Positions 1-8,949 of a stretch of 64,000 nucleotides of DNA are shown piece after piece; the first letter of the stretch is position 1; each line of letters starts with the position of its first letter. The notes below the pieces were generated by a model. It saw only the letters and a list, made by a program, of their open reading frames with translations, was not told the DNA's origin and did not search any database. The position numbers were made by a program, and so were the translations under genes. The stretch is from Vicinamibacterales bacterium (GTDB lineage: Bacteria > Acidobacteriota > Vicinamibacteria > Vicinamibacterales > CAVVIG01): NCBI GenBank assembly GCA_035537875.1, contig DATLLJ010000103.1, forward strand, positions 2,999 to 66,998, written 5' to 3'.

Positions 1-495
1 GTCGACAGCAGCCTGGCGTGCTCTAACTTCGTCGACGCCGGAACCTTGCTTCAGCCAGTCGGCAAGGGTCGCTTCGCCCGCTTCCGTGCGGGCGCTGTTC
101 ACGAGCTCGAACAGGGATCCGCGACCAAACAGATCCAGATCCCGGGCGTACGGGTGATCCGCCAGAAAGCGCTGCCCGTCACTGCCGACTCCCGCCCACC
201 GCCCCTCCAACCGGGCCAGACCCCGTTCGTACAGCCGATATGCCCGACGCGAACGCTCCGTTCGGTTCAACAGACGCGCGTGGACAACGAGCAGCATGCC
301 GAAGGCGAGAGCCGGAGCGAGAACCCAGGCGGCCGACAACACCGACCGGGCGAGCGCGAGCCAGAGGATGACCGTAAAGGTGACGAACAGCGCCAACCGC
401 AGATTGGAGATGACAAGATGGCGACGGTCGAGCTGCTCGACACGATCGCGCCCGAGGGCGAGACGACGTTCGTATTCGGCTTTCGGATCGTTCAC
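1..495 (-). CDS. MutS-related membrane-anchored protein, N-terminal 165 codons only (gene continues beyond left edge)
   Basis: Not in the ORF track because there is no stop inside the window. The minus-strand frame starts with GTG at 495-493, overlapping the TGA of the upstream M20 gene (GTGA). It is open to base 1: VNDPKAEYERRLALGRDRVEQLDRRHLVISNLRLALFVTFTVILWLALARSVLSAAWVLAPALAFGMLLVVHARLL...DLDLFGRGSLFELVNSARTEAGEATLADWLKQ. It has two TM helices followed by a DLdlFG.gSLFelvN..T..G..La.WL block that I associate with MutS-domain (MutS2-like) proteins. Family call is from memory only. Confidence 0.45.
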   Translation of the reverse strand, partial: MNDPKAEYERRLALGRDRVEQLDRRHLVISNLRLALFVTFTVILWLALARSVLSAAWVLAPALAFGMLLVVHARLLNRTERSRRAYRLYERGLARLEGRWAGVGSDGQRFLADHPYARDLDLFGRGSLFELVNSARTEAGEATLADWLKQGSGVDEVRARQAAVD

Positions 496-1499
496 CGGTC
501 CAGCAGCGTGCGGGCGATCGCGACGTAGTGGTCAACGGCAGCGCGCAATTCGGTGACCACGACGAACTCGTCAGCCGCGTGCGCCACGTGAATCGAGCCG
601 GGACCGAACAGCAGCGGCTCGCCCCACCCCGCGAGAAACGGGATGTCGGTGGTGTAGGGAAACACGGCGCTCGCGAAACCCGGAACGGTTCTCAGTCGAA
701 CCGGCGGCACTTCGAGGACGTGCTCGATTCGGACGCGCTGCTCCAGCGAGCCCATCGCTCGCCTGACCAGCATCCCGTCGCTGACCGTTCGAAACATCAC
801 CTCGGCGTCCGCGGACGGCGAGACGACATTGGGGGCTACACCACCGCTGATGAGCCCGACGGTGTAATGCGTCCTGCCGAGCGTGGCATCCTCGGGAAAC
901 TCGATGCTCCTGAGCGCGATGAGCGCATCGATGAGCTTGTCGATCGCCGACTCACCCAGCTCAGGAAACGACGAATGTGCGGCCCGGCCGGCCGCGTGAA
1001 GCTTGAGACGGAGAATGCCCCGGGTGGCGAGCCCCAGCCGGTTGTCCGTCGGTTCGCCGTTTATCAGAAAGCGTGATCCACGGGCCGCCTGGTTCGCCAT
1101 GCGGGCCCCGTCGCTGCCCCGCTCTTCACCCACGACGAACAGCAGTCCGACGCGCGCTTCGCCCGAACGGCGCAACACGTCCGCCGCTGCCACCTGCGCC
1201 GATACGATACCTTTGGCATCGCACGCACCGCGACCGTACAGCCGTTCGCCCTCGAGACGACTAGGGAAGAATGGCGGCACGCAGTCGACGTGCGTCGAGA
1301 ACACCACCGTCGGCGTCACGGCCCGATTTGGCGTGGCCATGATGTTGAAGCGAGACCCGTCGACGGGCTGCTCGGTGACGAAGTAGCCGGTCTGCCGCAG
1401 GTGGTTCGCGAGCCATCGCCCGACTTCGCCTTCCTGGCCCGTCGTGGAATCGATGTCGACGAGCGATCGGGTCAGCTGGACGACGTCTATCGAATCCAC
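492..1499 (-). CDS. M20 family metallopeptidase (ArgE/DapE-like; probable succinyl-diaminopimelate desuccinylase)
   Basis: Track ORF is 492..1892, but everything upstream of V132 overlaps dapD and is Arg-rich junk. A GTG at 1499-1497 was verified in the sequence. Motifs THVDCVP, GRGACDAKG and GEERGSDG are typical of M20 enzymes. It is the last enzyme gene of a succinylase-type dap cluster. Confidence 0.8.
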   Translation of the reverse strand: MDSIDVVQLTRSLVDIDSTTGQEGEVGRWLANHLRQTGYFVTEQPVDGSRFNIMATPNRAVTPTVVFSTHVDCVPPFFPSRLEGERLYGRGACDAKGIVSAQVAAADVLRRSGEARVGLLFVVGEERGSDGARMANQAARGSRFLINGEPTDNRLGLATRGILRLKLHAAGRAAHSSFPELGESAIDKLIDALIALRSIEFPEDATLGRTHYTVGLISGGVAPNVVSPSADAEVMFRTVSDGMLVRRAMGSLEQRVRIEHVLEVPPVRLRTVPGFASAVFPYTTDIPFLAGWGEPLLFGPGSIHVAHAADEFVVVTELRAAVDHYVAIARTLLDR

Positions 1500-2329
1500 G
1501 CCTCGAGCTCCGTCCGCGTGTCGGTTCGGGAATCGCGGTACTTCACGATGACCGGCGTCGCGAGTGACAGCCCCCACTCGGGCCCCTTGCCCACCGTCAC
1601 CGCACGAGCTCCCGGAACGACGACGGCGCCCGCCGGAATCACGAGCGGGTGCTCCGCAGTAGGCCGAATCACTTCCCCCCGGACCAGGTCGTACACCGGA
1701 GTCGATCCGGTCAGCACCGTTCCGGCAGCGACGACAGCCCTCGTTTTGATGACAGCGCCCTCGTAGACGCCGGTATTGCCGCCGACGAGAACCTCGTCTT
1801 CGATGATGACGGGAAGCGCGCCGACGGGCTCGATGACGCCGCCGATCTGGGCGCCAGCGCTCACGTGCACGCGAGCGCCGACCTGCGCGCACGATCCGAT
1901 CAGGGCATGTGAGTCGATGAGTGATTGCTCGCCGACCCAGGCGCCGATGTTCACGTACATCGGCGGCATGCAGATGACACCCGCGGCGATGTACGCCCCA
2001 TCGCGGATCGACGATCCACCCGGCACGATGCGGATGCCGGCGGCCGCGCCCGGGCGCTTCAGCGGCAGCGTGTCTTTGTCATAGAACGGAAGCCCGCCGT
2101 GATCCATCGAGACGTCGACGATGTCGCCGAACCTGAAGCCGAGCAGAATGCCCTGCTTGACCCACGTGTTGACGCGCCAGCCAATCGGGCTGGAGGCATC
2201 CGGTTCGGCCGCGCGCACGGCGCCCGACGACATCGCGTCGCGCAGGCGCGCGAAGGCGTCGCGCGCCGCCGCCCGATCGGCCGACGATCCGGCGGCAGTC
2301 AGCTGGACGATCTCCGATTCGAGGCTCAC
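1487..2329 (-). CDS. dapD: 2,3,4,5-tetrahydropyridine-2,6-dicarboxylate N-succinyltransferase
   Basis: 280 aa. Left-handed beta-helix hexapeptide repeats (IGAWVGEQSLIDSHALIGSCAQVGARVHVSAGAQIGGVIEP...) and a C-terminal KYRDSRT tail typical of DapD. Start overlaps the dapA stop. Confidence 0.9.
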   Translation of the reverse strand: MSLESEIVQLTAAGSSADRAAARDAFARLRDAMSSGAVRAAEPDASSPIGWRVNTWVKQGILLGFRFGDIVDVSMDHGGLPFYDKDTLPLKRPGAAAGIRIVPGGSSIRDGAYIAAGVICMPPMYVNIGAWVGEQSLIDSHALIGSCAQVGARVHVSAGAQIGGVIEPVGALPVIIEDEVLVGGNTGVYEGAVIKTRAVVAAGTVLTGSTPVYDLVRGEVIRPTAEHPLVIPAGAVVVPGARAVTVGKGPEWGLSLATPVIVKYRDSRTDTRTELEAWIR

Positions 2330-3252
2330 GCGTAAGCTCCCCTCCTGACCTTGCCGACGCTGTCACCGCGATCCAGATCGATGTCCTTGAGCGCCTTCAG
2401 GATCTTCTCCCGCGATTCCGGCCTCGGTCCAACAATGGGCAACCGGTACGCCTCTTCGATCAGGTTCATCGCTGCCATCGCGGCCTTGACCGGCCCTGGA
2501 TTGGACTCAACGAAGTTCACGAGCATGAGCGGCAGAAGACGATGGTGCAGCTCGCGCGCGGCGGGGAAGTCGTTCCGTTCGGCCGCTTCGATCATCCGGA
2601 CCATTTCGGCCGGCGCCTCGTTCGACACGACCGAAATGACGCCACGGCCACCGACCGCCATCAACGGCAGCGCCATCGCATCGTCGCCGGACAATACGAT
2701 GAAGTCCGGCGGCACCGCGCGGCAGACCTCACACATCTGCTGCATGTTGCCTGAGGCCTCCTTGACGCCGATGATGTTCGGGATGGCCGAAAGGCGGACA
2801 AGCGTCGAGACCTCGACGTTGACTCCCGTCCGGCTCGGCACGTTGTAGACCACGACGGGCAATGGCGTGCTTTCGGCGATCGTCCGGTAATGCTGGTACA
2901 GGCCTTCCTGCGTCGGCTTGTTGTAGTACGGCGTGACCGACAGAAAGCCGTCGGCGCCGGCCTGTGTGAGCACCTGAACCAGCTCGACAACTTCCTTCGT
3001 GTTGTAGCCGCCCGCGCCGGCCAGGATCGGCACCTTGCCACCGGCCTCGTTGGCGAGAATCTCCACGATCCGGATGCGCTCGGACTGCTCGAGGGTTGGA
3101 TTCTCGCCGGTCGTGCCGCAGGGGGCCAGGAAGTGGATGCCGGCGTCGATCTGACGCCGCCCCAGCCGCCGCACGGCGTCCTCGTCGAGCGCGCCGCTCC
3201 GAGTGAAGGGGGTAATCAGGGCCGTTCCAGCGCCTGTAAAAGAAGTTCTCAT
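2326..3252 (-). CDS. dapA: 4-hydroxy-tetrahydrodipicolinate synthase
   Basis: Motifs TALITPF, CGTTGE and the GVKEASGN Schiff-base lysine context. I chose ATG 3252-3250 (M19 of the track ORF) because GGGGGAA lies 5 nt upstream. The longer N-terminus is encoded by an octamer repeat. Confidence 0.9.
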   Translation of the reverse strand: MRTSFTGAGTALITPFTRSGALDEDAVRRLGRRQIDAGIHFLAPCGTTGENPTLEQSERIRIVEILANEAGGKVPILAGAGGYNTKEVVELVQVLTQAGADGFLSVTPYYNKPTQEGLYQHYRTIAESTPLPVVVYNVPSRTGVNVEVSTLVRLSAIPNIIGVKEASGNMQQMCEVCRAVPPDFIVLSGDDAMALPLMAVGGRGVISVVSNEAPAEMVRMIEAAERNDFPAARELHHRLLPLMLVNFVESNPGPVKAAMAAMNLIEEAYRLPIVGPRPESREKILKALKDIDLDRGDSVGKVRRGAYA

Positions 3253-3285
3253 CGGTTCCCCCAAGTCTGCCATCTGTTTTTGCTC

Positions 3286-3317
3286 TGCAATCCTGCAATC
3301 CTGCAATTCTGCAATCT
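3286..3317. repeat. Four tandem CTGCAATC/CTGCAATT octamers between dapB stop and dapA start
   Basis: Read directly: ctgcaatc ctgcaatc ctgcaatt ctgcaatc. The same octamer builds the arrays at 44524-44705 and 48316-48330. Confidence 0.9.
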
Positions 3318-3321
3318 TCCG

Positions 3322-4014
3322 TCAGAGTCCCAGCACGTCGCGCATCGTGAACCATCCGCGCCGGCCGCGGACCCACTTCGCGGCTGCCAGGGCGCCGCGC
3401 GCGAACGCCGTCCGATCCCGGGCCGTGTGCGTGAGCGTGATTGTTTCCGCCGGGCCGTCGAAGCCGACCGTGTGGGTGCCCGGGATATATCCGGCGCGCG
3501 TGGAAGAGACGTCGATCGGCCGCGGAAAGCCCGCGCGAACCATCCCATCCCTCAACAACAGCGCGGTGCCGGACGGCGCGTCCTTCTTGGCCTGATGGTG
3601 CGCTTCGTGGAGAAACGCAGCGAACTCGTTCTGCCGGGCGAGCAGCGTGGCCGCGTGCGCCACCATCGCCTCGAAGATCACCACACCCGTCGAGAAATTC
3701 GGCGCAGCCACGATGCCGACTTCGGCGCCGTCAACCATCTCGCGGAGCTCGGCTTCTCGGGCTCCCCATCCTGTGGTGCCGACGACCACATTGACGCGGC
3801 GGCGCGCCAGCGCGGCCACGTTCTTCACGACCGCGTCGGGCGACGAGAAATCGACGGCCACGTCGATCCCGTTCCAGCGGCTCGAATCGACGGTCTCGCT
3901 GCCGACCAGCGGGTCGACGATCCCACCGACCTCGCATCCGTATTCGCTGGCGAGGCTTTCGACCATCTTGCCCATCTTCCCGTAGCCGACCAGGAGGATT
4001 GGTATCGGGCTCAT
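3322..4014 (-). CDS. dapB: 4-hydroxy-tetrahydrodipicolinate reductase
   Basis: N-terminal VGYGKMGK NAD(P)-binding loop and the DapB signature EAHHQAKKDAPSGTA. Confidence 0.9.
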   Translation of the reverse strand: MSPIPILLVGYGKMGKMVESLASEYGCEVGGIVDPLVGSETVDSSRWNGIDVAVDFSSPDAVVKNVAALARRRVNVVVGTTGWGAREAELREMVDGAEVGIVAAPNFSTGVVIFEAMVAHAATLLARQNEFAAFLHEAHHQAKKDAPSGTALLLRDGMVRAGFPRPIDVSSTRAGYIPGTHTVGFDGPAETITLTHTARDRTAFARGALAAAKWVRGRRGWFTMRDVLGL

Positions 4015-4068
4015 TCAGTCCATATCATGGCATTGACGGCCGCCCCGTCTGCGACACCAGTCAGAGGA

Positions 4069-5112
4069 TTACAGCAGGCCCTCGCTGTGCATCAGCTCGG
4101 CGTTGAGGATCGCGGCGCCGGCGGCGCCCCGAATCGTGTTGTGGCCGAGCGCGATGAACTTGTAGTCGAACAAGGGACAAGGCCGGAGGCGACCCACGGT
4201 CACGGTCATCCCGCCGTCCCGATCGACATCGAGCGCAGGCTGCGGTCGATTGCGTTCCGGCAGATACACCACAGGCTGGGCTGGAGCCGACGGCAAACCC
4301 AACTGCTGCGGCTTGCCTTTGAATGAGTTGAACGCCGCGATGATGTCTTCCGCGCCCGGACGATGCTCGAGCCCGACGGCGACCGATTCAGTATGTCCGT
4401 CGTGTACGGCCACGCGCGTCGTCGAAGCGCTGACGGTGACCGGGTGCGGCTCGACCCGTTTCGCCCCATAGCAACCGAGAATCTTCTTCGTCTCGGTCTC
4501 GATCTTCTGCTCTTCGCCGTCGATGAACGGGATCACGTTGCCAAGAATGTCCCACGACGCGACCCCCGGGTAACCTGCGCCGGAAATCGCTTGAAGAGTC
4601 GTGAGCATGACGCTTTTCAGACCGAACTGCCTGAGGGGGGCCAGAGCCATCGACAGAACGACCGTCGAGCAGTTTGGGTTGGTGACGATGCGCCCGCTCC
4701 ACCCGCGCTCGGCAGCCTGGACGTCGAGCAGCGCCAGATGCTCCGCGTTGATCTCGGGAATGAGCAACGGCACATCCGGCTCCATCCGGTAGTTACGGGA
4801 ATTGCTGATGATGAAGTGCCCGGCCCTGGCGAATGCGCCTTCGATTTCTCCAGCCACGGACGAGTCGAGTCCTGAGAAAACGAGCTTGGGCGCACGGCCC
4901 GGCGTCGCCGCGTCAACGGGCATCCGGGCTACCTCGGTGGGCAGGGGCGCCGACAGACGCCATGCTGCGGCGTCCTGATAGGTCTTCCCCTCCGAGCGGC
5001 TGCTGGCGCCGAGCCATCTCACCCTGAACCAGGGGTGGTGGGCAAGCAGTGCGATGAACTGTTGACCGACCATGCCGGTCGCTCCGAGAACGCCTACGTC
5101 GATCTGAGCCAT
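4069..5112 (-). CDS. asd: aspartate-semialdehyde dehydrogenase
   Basis: GATGMVGQ Rossmann loop and active-site NPNCSTV. 347 aa. GAAGGA RBS upstream of ATG 5112. Confidence 0.9.
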   Translation of the reverse strand: MAQIDVGVLGATGMVGQQFIALLAHHPWFRVRWLGASSRSEGKTYQDAAAWRLSAPLPTEVARMPVDAATPGRAPKLVFSGLDSSVAGEIEGAFARAGHFIISNSRNYRMEPDVPLLIPEINAEHLALLDVQAAERGWSGRIVTNPNCSTVVLSMALAPLRQFGLKSVMLTTLQAISGAGYPGVASWDILGNVIPFIDGEEQKIETETKKILGCYGAKRVEPHPVTVSASTTRVAVHDGHTESVAVGLEHRPGAEDIIAAFNSFKGKPQQLGLPSAPAQPVVYLPERNRPQPALDVDRDGGMTVTVGRLRPCPLFDYKFIALGHNTIRGAAGAAILNAELMHSEGLL

Positions 5113-5290
5113 CTTGGTATCCTTCGTGATCCAAAAAAAAAGCCGACGCGGTGTGGACCACCGTGTCGGCGACGTGGGCTCGAGTGTGATTCGGAACTAA
5201 TGATCGAGCGCACATGCGGCGACACGGCTGGCCCGCTTGAAGCAGCTCCGCTTTCGCGTGTCGGCAATAGTCCGCATGAGCGGTTCAGTA
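5113..5290 (-). promoter_or_regulatory. asd-dap operon leader with mutually exclusive terminator/antiterminator pairings (attenuator or unclassified riboswitch)
   Basis: The leader RNA contains gccgacacg (segment 1), ccgtgtcgcc (segment 2), gccgacacgg (segment 3, the terminator 5' arm) and ccgcgtcggc (segment 4). Pairings 1:2 plus 3:4, or 2:3, are possible. A 26-codon mini-ORF (MRTIADTRKRSCFKRASRVAACALDH) spans segments 1-2. Confidence 0.5.
5133..5170 (-). terminator. Intrinsic terminator hairpin inside the asd 5' leader
   Basis: Minus-strand RNA reads gccgacacggtg-gtcca-caccgcgtcggc followed by U9. The stem pairs 11 of 12 positions with one A.C mismatch. It lies about 20 nt upstream of the asd RBS. 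No minus-strand gene ends upstream of it, so it is a leader terminator rather than a gene-end terminator. Confidence 0.75.
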
Positions 5291-5305
5291 TAGCATGGAG
5301 AATCG

Positions 5306-6352
5306 ATGCTTCAAGCTTTCTTCCACGCCTGGGAACGCAGGCTCGCTTCCGTAACCACCGATCGCGTCGTCCGTCCGTTCGACTGGGGCCTCGACTGGAT
5401 TCCGCACAACGGACACCCGAGCGGGGCAGCGCCGGCCCACGTCATTCATGATTGGGTCGCTCGGGTCATGGCCGATACCGATGCGTTCTTCACGCCGCCG
5501 ACCACGACCGAGTACGAGTTCGAGCCCACAGGAGACGGTGGAGCGCAGCTGCGATTTCCGAGCGCCCTGGTCACTCCGCATCCCGCCAACAACACCGTCT
5601 GCTGTCGATACTTCCGTGCGCGAAGCGCGCGGTCTCGAGCGGCCGTCCTCGTGATGCCCCAGTGGAACGCCGACCCGGGCGGCCATGTCGGTTTGTGCCG
5701 GCTTCTGGCGTGGAACGGTATGAGCGCCCTGCGACTGAGCCTGCCCTACCACGACGACCGCATGCCGCCGGAGTTGCACCGCGCCGATTACATCGTCAGC
5801 TCGAACGTGGCCCGGACGGTCCAGGTCTGTCGACAGGCCGTCCTCGACGCCCGGCGCGCGATCGCGTGGCTGGCGTCGAGGGGCTACGATCGGATCGGCA
5901 TTCTCGGCACGAGTCTTGGCTCGTGTCTCGCGCTGCTGACCGCCGCGCACGAACCGCTCGTTCAGGCCGAGGCGCTCAATCACATCTCGCCGCAGTTTGC
6001 GGACGTCGTCTGGCGGGGACTGTCCACGCGCCACGTGCGCGAGGGACTCGAAGGGCACATCGAGCTCGAGTTGCTCCGCACGCTCTGGCGGCCCATCAGC
6101 CCTCAGTGGTATCTCGATCGCCTGCGGCAGCGGCCATCGCTCAGGACCCTATTGGTTTACGCGCGGTACGATCTGACGTTTCCGGTGGACCTCTCGCAGA
6201 CGCTCGTGCGAGGCTTCCGGGATAGCGGCATTCCACACGAGGTTGCGGTCCTCAGCTGCGGTCACTACAGCACGGGCAAGACACCGTTCAAGTACGTGGA
6301 CGGCTGGATCCTGACGCGGTTCTTGAAGAGAGCTCTCCTGCGATCGACCTGA
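5306..6352 (+). CDS. alpha/beta-fold hydrolase
   Basis: 348 aa with a GTSLG nucleophile elbow (GxSxG) after a beta-strand (RIGILGTSLGSCLA). GGAG lies 5 nt upstream of ATG 5306. Divergent from asd. Confidence 0.7.
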   Translation: MLQAFFHAWERRLASVTTDRVVRPFDWGLDWIPHNGHPSGAAPAHVIHDWVARVMADTDAFFTPPTTTEYEFEPTGDGGAQLRFPSALVTPHPANNTVCCRYFRARSARSRAAVLVMPQWNADPGGHVGLCRLLAWNGMSALRLSLPYHDDRMPPELHRADYIVSSNVARTVQVCRQAVLDARRAIAWLASRGYDRIGILGTSLGSCLALLTAAHEPLVQAEALNHISPQFADVVWRGLSTRHVREGLEGHIELELLRTLWRPISPQWYLDRLRQRPSLRTLLVYARYDLTFPVDLSQTLVRGFRDSGIPHEVAVLSCGHYSTGKTPFKYVDGWILTRFLKRALLRST

Positions 6353-6354
6353 CC

Positions 6355-6552
6355 CTACAGGTACTTCAGCAACCCGCTCAAGGCTTCGAGCAACACACGC
6401 GCGAGCTCGCGGACCAGGGGAGTAATCTCCCCGGCGTCCACTGCGGTCGCGACCGTGACCGGCTCGGTCAGCACCAGCCAGATCGTCGCACCCGCCAGGA
6501 CCAGGCTGACGATCGCGATCAAGCCGAACACGCCGACGCCGAACCGCTCCAT
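6355..6552 (-). CDS. small membrane protein (65 aa)
   Basis: MERFGVGVFGLIAIVSLVLAGATIWLVLTEP... has one clear TM helix. ATG 6552-6550 verified, 5 nt after the stop of the upstream dehydrogenase. The rest of track ORF 6355..6846 overlaps that gene. Confidence 0.5.
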   Translation of the reverse strand: MERFGVGVFGLIAIVSLVLAGATIWLVLTEPVTVATAVDAGEITPLVRELARVLLEALSGLLKYL

Positions 6553-6557
6553 CTGTA

Positions 6558-7580
6558 TTACATCTCGAGAACAATCTTCCCGAAGTGCTCCGAGGCCTCG
6601 AGCCGCCGCTGCGCCTCGGCGGCGTGCGCGAGCGGATACGTTCGATCGATCACCGGTTTGAGCCGCCCCTCGAACAGGAATCGCGCGACACGCAGCAGCT
6701 CGCCTTTCGTTCCCATGTACGAACCGAGGATCGACAACTGCTTGGCGAACAGCCCCTGGACGTCGACGGTGACCTGGGGGCCGGTCGTCGCGCCGCACGT
6801 GACCAGACGGCCGCCACGCGCGAGCGATCGCAGGCTCCTGGCCCACGTGGCCTGGCCGACGTGCTCGACGACGACGTCGACTCCGCGTCGGCCTGTCAGT
6901 CGCAGCACTTCTGCCGCGATGTCCTGCTTGTGATGATGTATGACTTCATGCGCGCCGAGCAATCGGGCCCGCTCGAGCTTGGGATCGGACCCCGCGGTCG
7001 CAAAGACGCGCGCGCCAAATAACCCGGCGATCTGAATCGCGGCCTGCCCGACGCCGCTCCCTGCGGCCACGACCAGCACGTCTTCGCCGCGTTTCAGCCG
7101 GGCGCGCGTGATCAGCATGTGCCAGGCCGTCAGGAACGTCAGCGGAAACGCCGCGGCCTCGACGAAGCCGAGCTCGTCGGGGATTTCGACGAGGTTCTGC
7201 ACGGGCACGCTGACGTATTCAGCGTAGCCGCCCGGAAAGTTCCGGTATCCCAATATTTCGTAGGTGGGACACTGATTGTCCCGCCCCGACAGACAGGCCG
7301 CGCAGCGGCCGCAGCTGATGCCAGGCTGCAGCATGACGCGCCGACCGACCGGCAGGCCCGGGGCAGCCGCGGCGACCTCGCCAGAGACGTCGCTGCCCGA
7401 GATGTGGGGCATCGGGAACGTGACGCGCTCGAGCCCGCGCCGTTCCCATAGATCCAGGTGGTTGAGTGCGCACGCGCGCACACGAACAAGGACGTCGCCC
7501 TGCCGGGGTTCGGGCTCCGGTACGTCCTCGTACCGAAGAACCTCGGGGCCACCGTGTTCATGGAATCTGATGCACTTCAT
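6558..7580 (-). CDS. zinc-type alcohol dehydrogenase / quinone oxidoreductase family (MDR) protein
   Basis: MKCIRFHEHGGPEVLRYEDVPEP start, structural-zinc CGRCAACLSGRDNQC, and NAD loop AAGSGVGQAA. ATG 7580 with AGGGA RBS verified. Confidence 0.85.
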   Translation of the reverse strand: MKCIRFHEHGGPEVLRYEDVPEPEPRQGDVLVRVRACALNHLDLWERRGLERVTFPMPHISGSDVSGEVAAAAPGLPVGRRVMLQPGISCGRCAACLSGRDNQCPTYEILGYRNFPGGYAEYVSVPVQNLVEIPDELGFVEAAAFPLTFLTAWHMLITRARLKRGEDVLVVAAGSGVGQAAIQIAGLFGARVFATAGSDPKLERARLLGAHEVIHHHKQDIAAEVLRLTGRRGVDVVVEHVGQATWARSLRSLARGGRLVTCGATTGPQVTVDVQGLFAKQLSILGSYMGTKGELLRVARFLFEGRLKPVIDRTYPLAHAAEAQRRLEASEHFGKIVLEM

Positions 7581-7587
7581 TCCCTGT

Positions 7588-8949
7588 TCAGAACGCTTCC
7601 GGGGACAGCACCACCGGATCGCCGAGGCCCAGCTTTGTGAGGTCCGGACCAATCGCATCGAGGTCGCCAACAACGACCGTCGCGAGCTGCGAAGCGTGAA
7701 GATGGCGAGCCAGGGCGTCGGTGACCTGATCGGTCGTCAGACCTTCGATTCGCGGAACGAATTCGGCAAAGTACGTGTCCGGCAAGTCGTACAGTGCGAG
7801 TTGCGTGATCGCCCGGGCGATCTGATCGGCGGTCTCGAAGTTGCGCGCGTAGCCTCGCGTCAACGCAGCGGCGGCCAGCTGGAGCTCCTCCGCAGATATC
7901 GGGCGGGTGGTCGCCATGGCGCCGATCTCGGCGATTGATTCCGCGATCGACTCGGCTGTGCCGCTCGTCTGCACCCCAGCCTGCAGCACGAACGGCCCCG
8001 GGCGCCGCCGAAACTCGAAGGCGGTCCGCACACCGTAGGTGAACCCCTTGCTCTCCCGCAGGTTCATGTTCAAGCGACTGGAGAACTGCCCGCCCAGCAC
8101 CATGTTGGCCGTCACGAGCGCATGATAGTCGGGCGTGCCACGGGCTGCGGCCACCTGTCCGATGCGCAGTTCCGACTGAGGGGCCTTCGGGCGTGGAACG
8201 ATGCTCAGCCTGACTGGGTGAGGAAGCATCCCGTCGGCCGGGTCGGAGACGATGCCTCTCGCGTCCCACGCCTCGAACGCCTTGCCGGCGTAGCGATGAA
8301 TCGTGTCGTGATCGCAATCGCCAACGGCGATCAGCGTGGCCTCCGACGGCCGGATCGCACCCGCGTGAAACGCCCGGACGTCCTCGACCGTCATCGACGC
8401 GAGCGCCTGTTCGTTGCCGATCGGTGAGTGGCCATAGGGGTGCTCCCCGTACAACAGGCTCAGGAACGCACGGTCGGCGATCGCGCTCGGCACGTCGCGA
8501 AGCTGCGTGAGACGATGAAGGCGCAGCTGCCGCACCCGTGCCACGTCCCGGTCCCTCAGCGCCGGGCGGACGACAATCTCGGCGAGCAGGTTCAGGGCGC
8601 GGTCGGCGAATCGGGCAAGCACCGTGAAGCCAGCGATCGTGGCGTCTGCGCCGATGTCGGTCTCGAGCTGAGTGCCGAGTTGCGCGATGGCCTCGTGCAT
8701 CTCGATCGCCGATCGATCACCGCTGCCCTCGTCCAGCATGTCCGCGGTCATCGCGGCCAGCCCGTGCTTGCCGACGGGGTCGCTCGCAGCGCCGCGGCGG
8801 ATGAGCAACGCGAACGCGACCACCGGAATGCGCGGGTGGCGAACGGTCCACACGCGCAGCCCGTTGGGCAATGCCGATTTCTGGATCGCCGGGAAACCGA
8901 CGGAACGGGGCGGCCCCGGTTCGGGGAGCCGCGAGCGGTCCACGGTCAC
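7588..8949 (-). CDS. M16 (pitrilysin) family peptidase, non-catalytic-type subunit
   Basis: 453 aa with an insulinase-like fold pattern (LPNGLRVWTV..., ...FTYGVRTAFEF) but no HxxEH motif. The GTG start overlaps the stop of the upstream M16 gene (GTGA). Confidence 0.8.
   Translation of the reverse strand: MTVDRSRLPEPGPPRSVGFPAIQKSALPNGLRVWTVRHPRIPVVAFALLIRRGAASDPVGKHGLAAMTADMLDEGSGDRSAIEMHEAIAQLGTQLETDIGADATIAGFTVLARFADRALNLLAEIVVRPALRDRDVARVRQLRLHRLTQLRDVPSAIADRAFLSLLYGEHPYGHSPIGNEQALASMTVEDVRAFHAGAIRPSEATLIAVGDCDHDTIHRYAGKAFEAWDARGIVSDPADGMLPHPVRLSIVPRPKAPQSELRIGQVAAARGTPDYHALVTANMVLGGQFSSRLNMNLRESKGFTYGVRTAFEFRRRPGPFVLQAGVQTSGTAESIAESIAEIGAMATTRPISAEELQLAAAALTRGYARNFETADQIARAITQLALYDLPDTYFAEFVPRIEGLTTDQVTDALARHLHASQLATVVVGDLDAIGPDLTKLGLGDPVVLSPEAF

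Noticed and set aside
492-1892. Long N-terminal extensions of several track ORFs (for example 492..1892, 8946..10715, 14523..17441, 48316..49962, 10247..11218)
   Set aside because: The extensions overlap the preceding well-supported gene and are Arg-rich. Internal starts forming ATGA, GTGA or TTGA overlaps give native-looking N-termini.
2890-4326. 478-aa plus-strand ORF spanning dapA, dapB and asd
   Set aside because: It crosses three well-supported minus-strand genes and two intergenic gaps, so it cannot be real.
5113-5290. Calling the asd leader a lysine (L-box) riboswitch
   Set aside because: I could not find the conserved L-box sequence blocks by eye, and the leader (about 160 nt) is on the short side. 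It is kept as an unclassified attenuator candidate.
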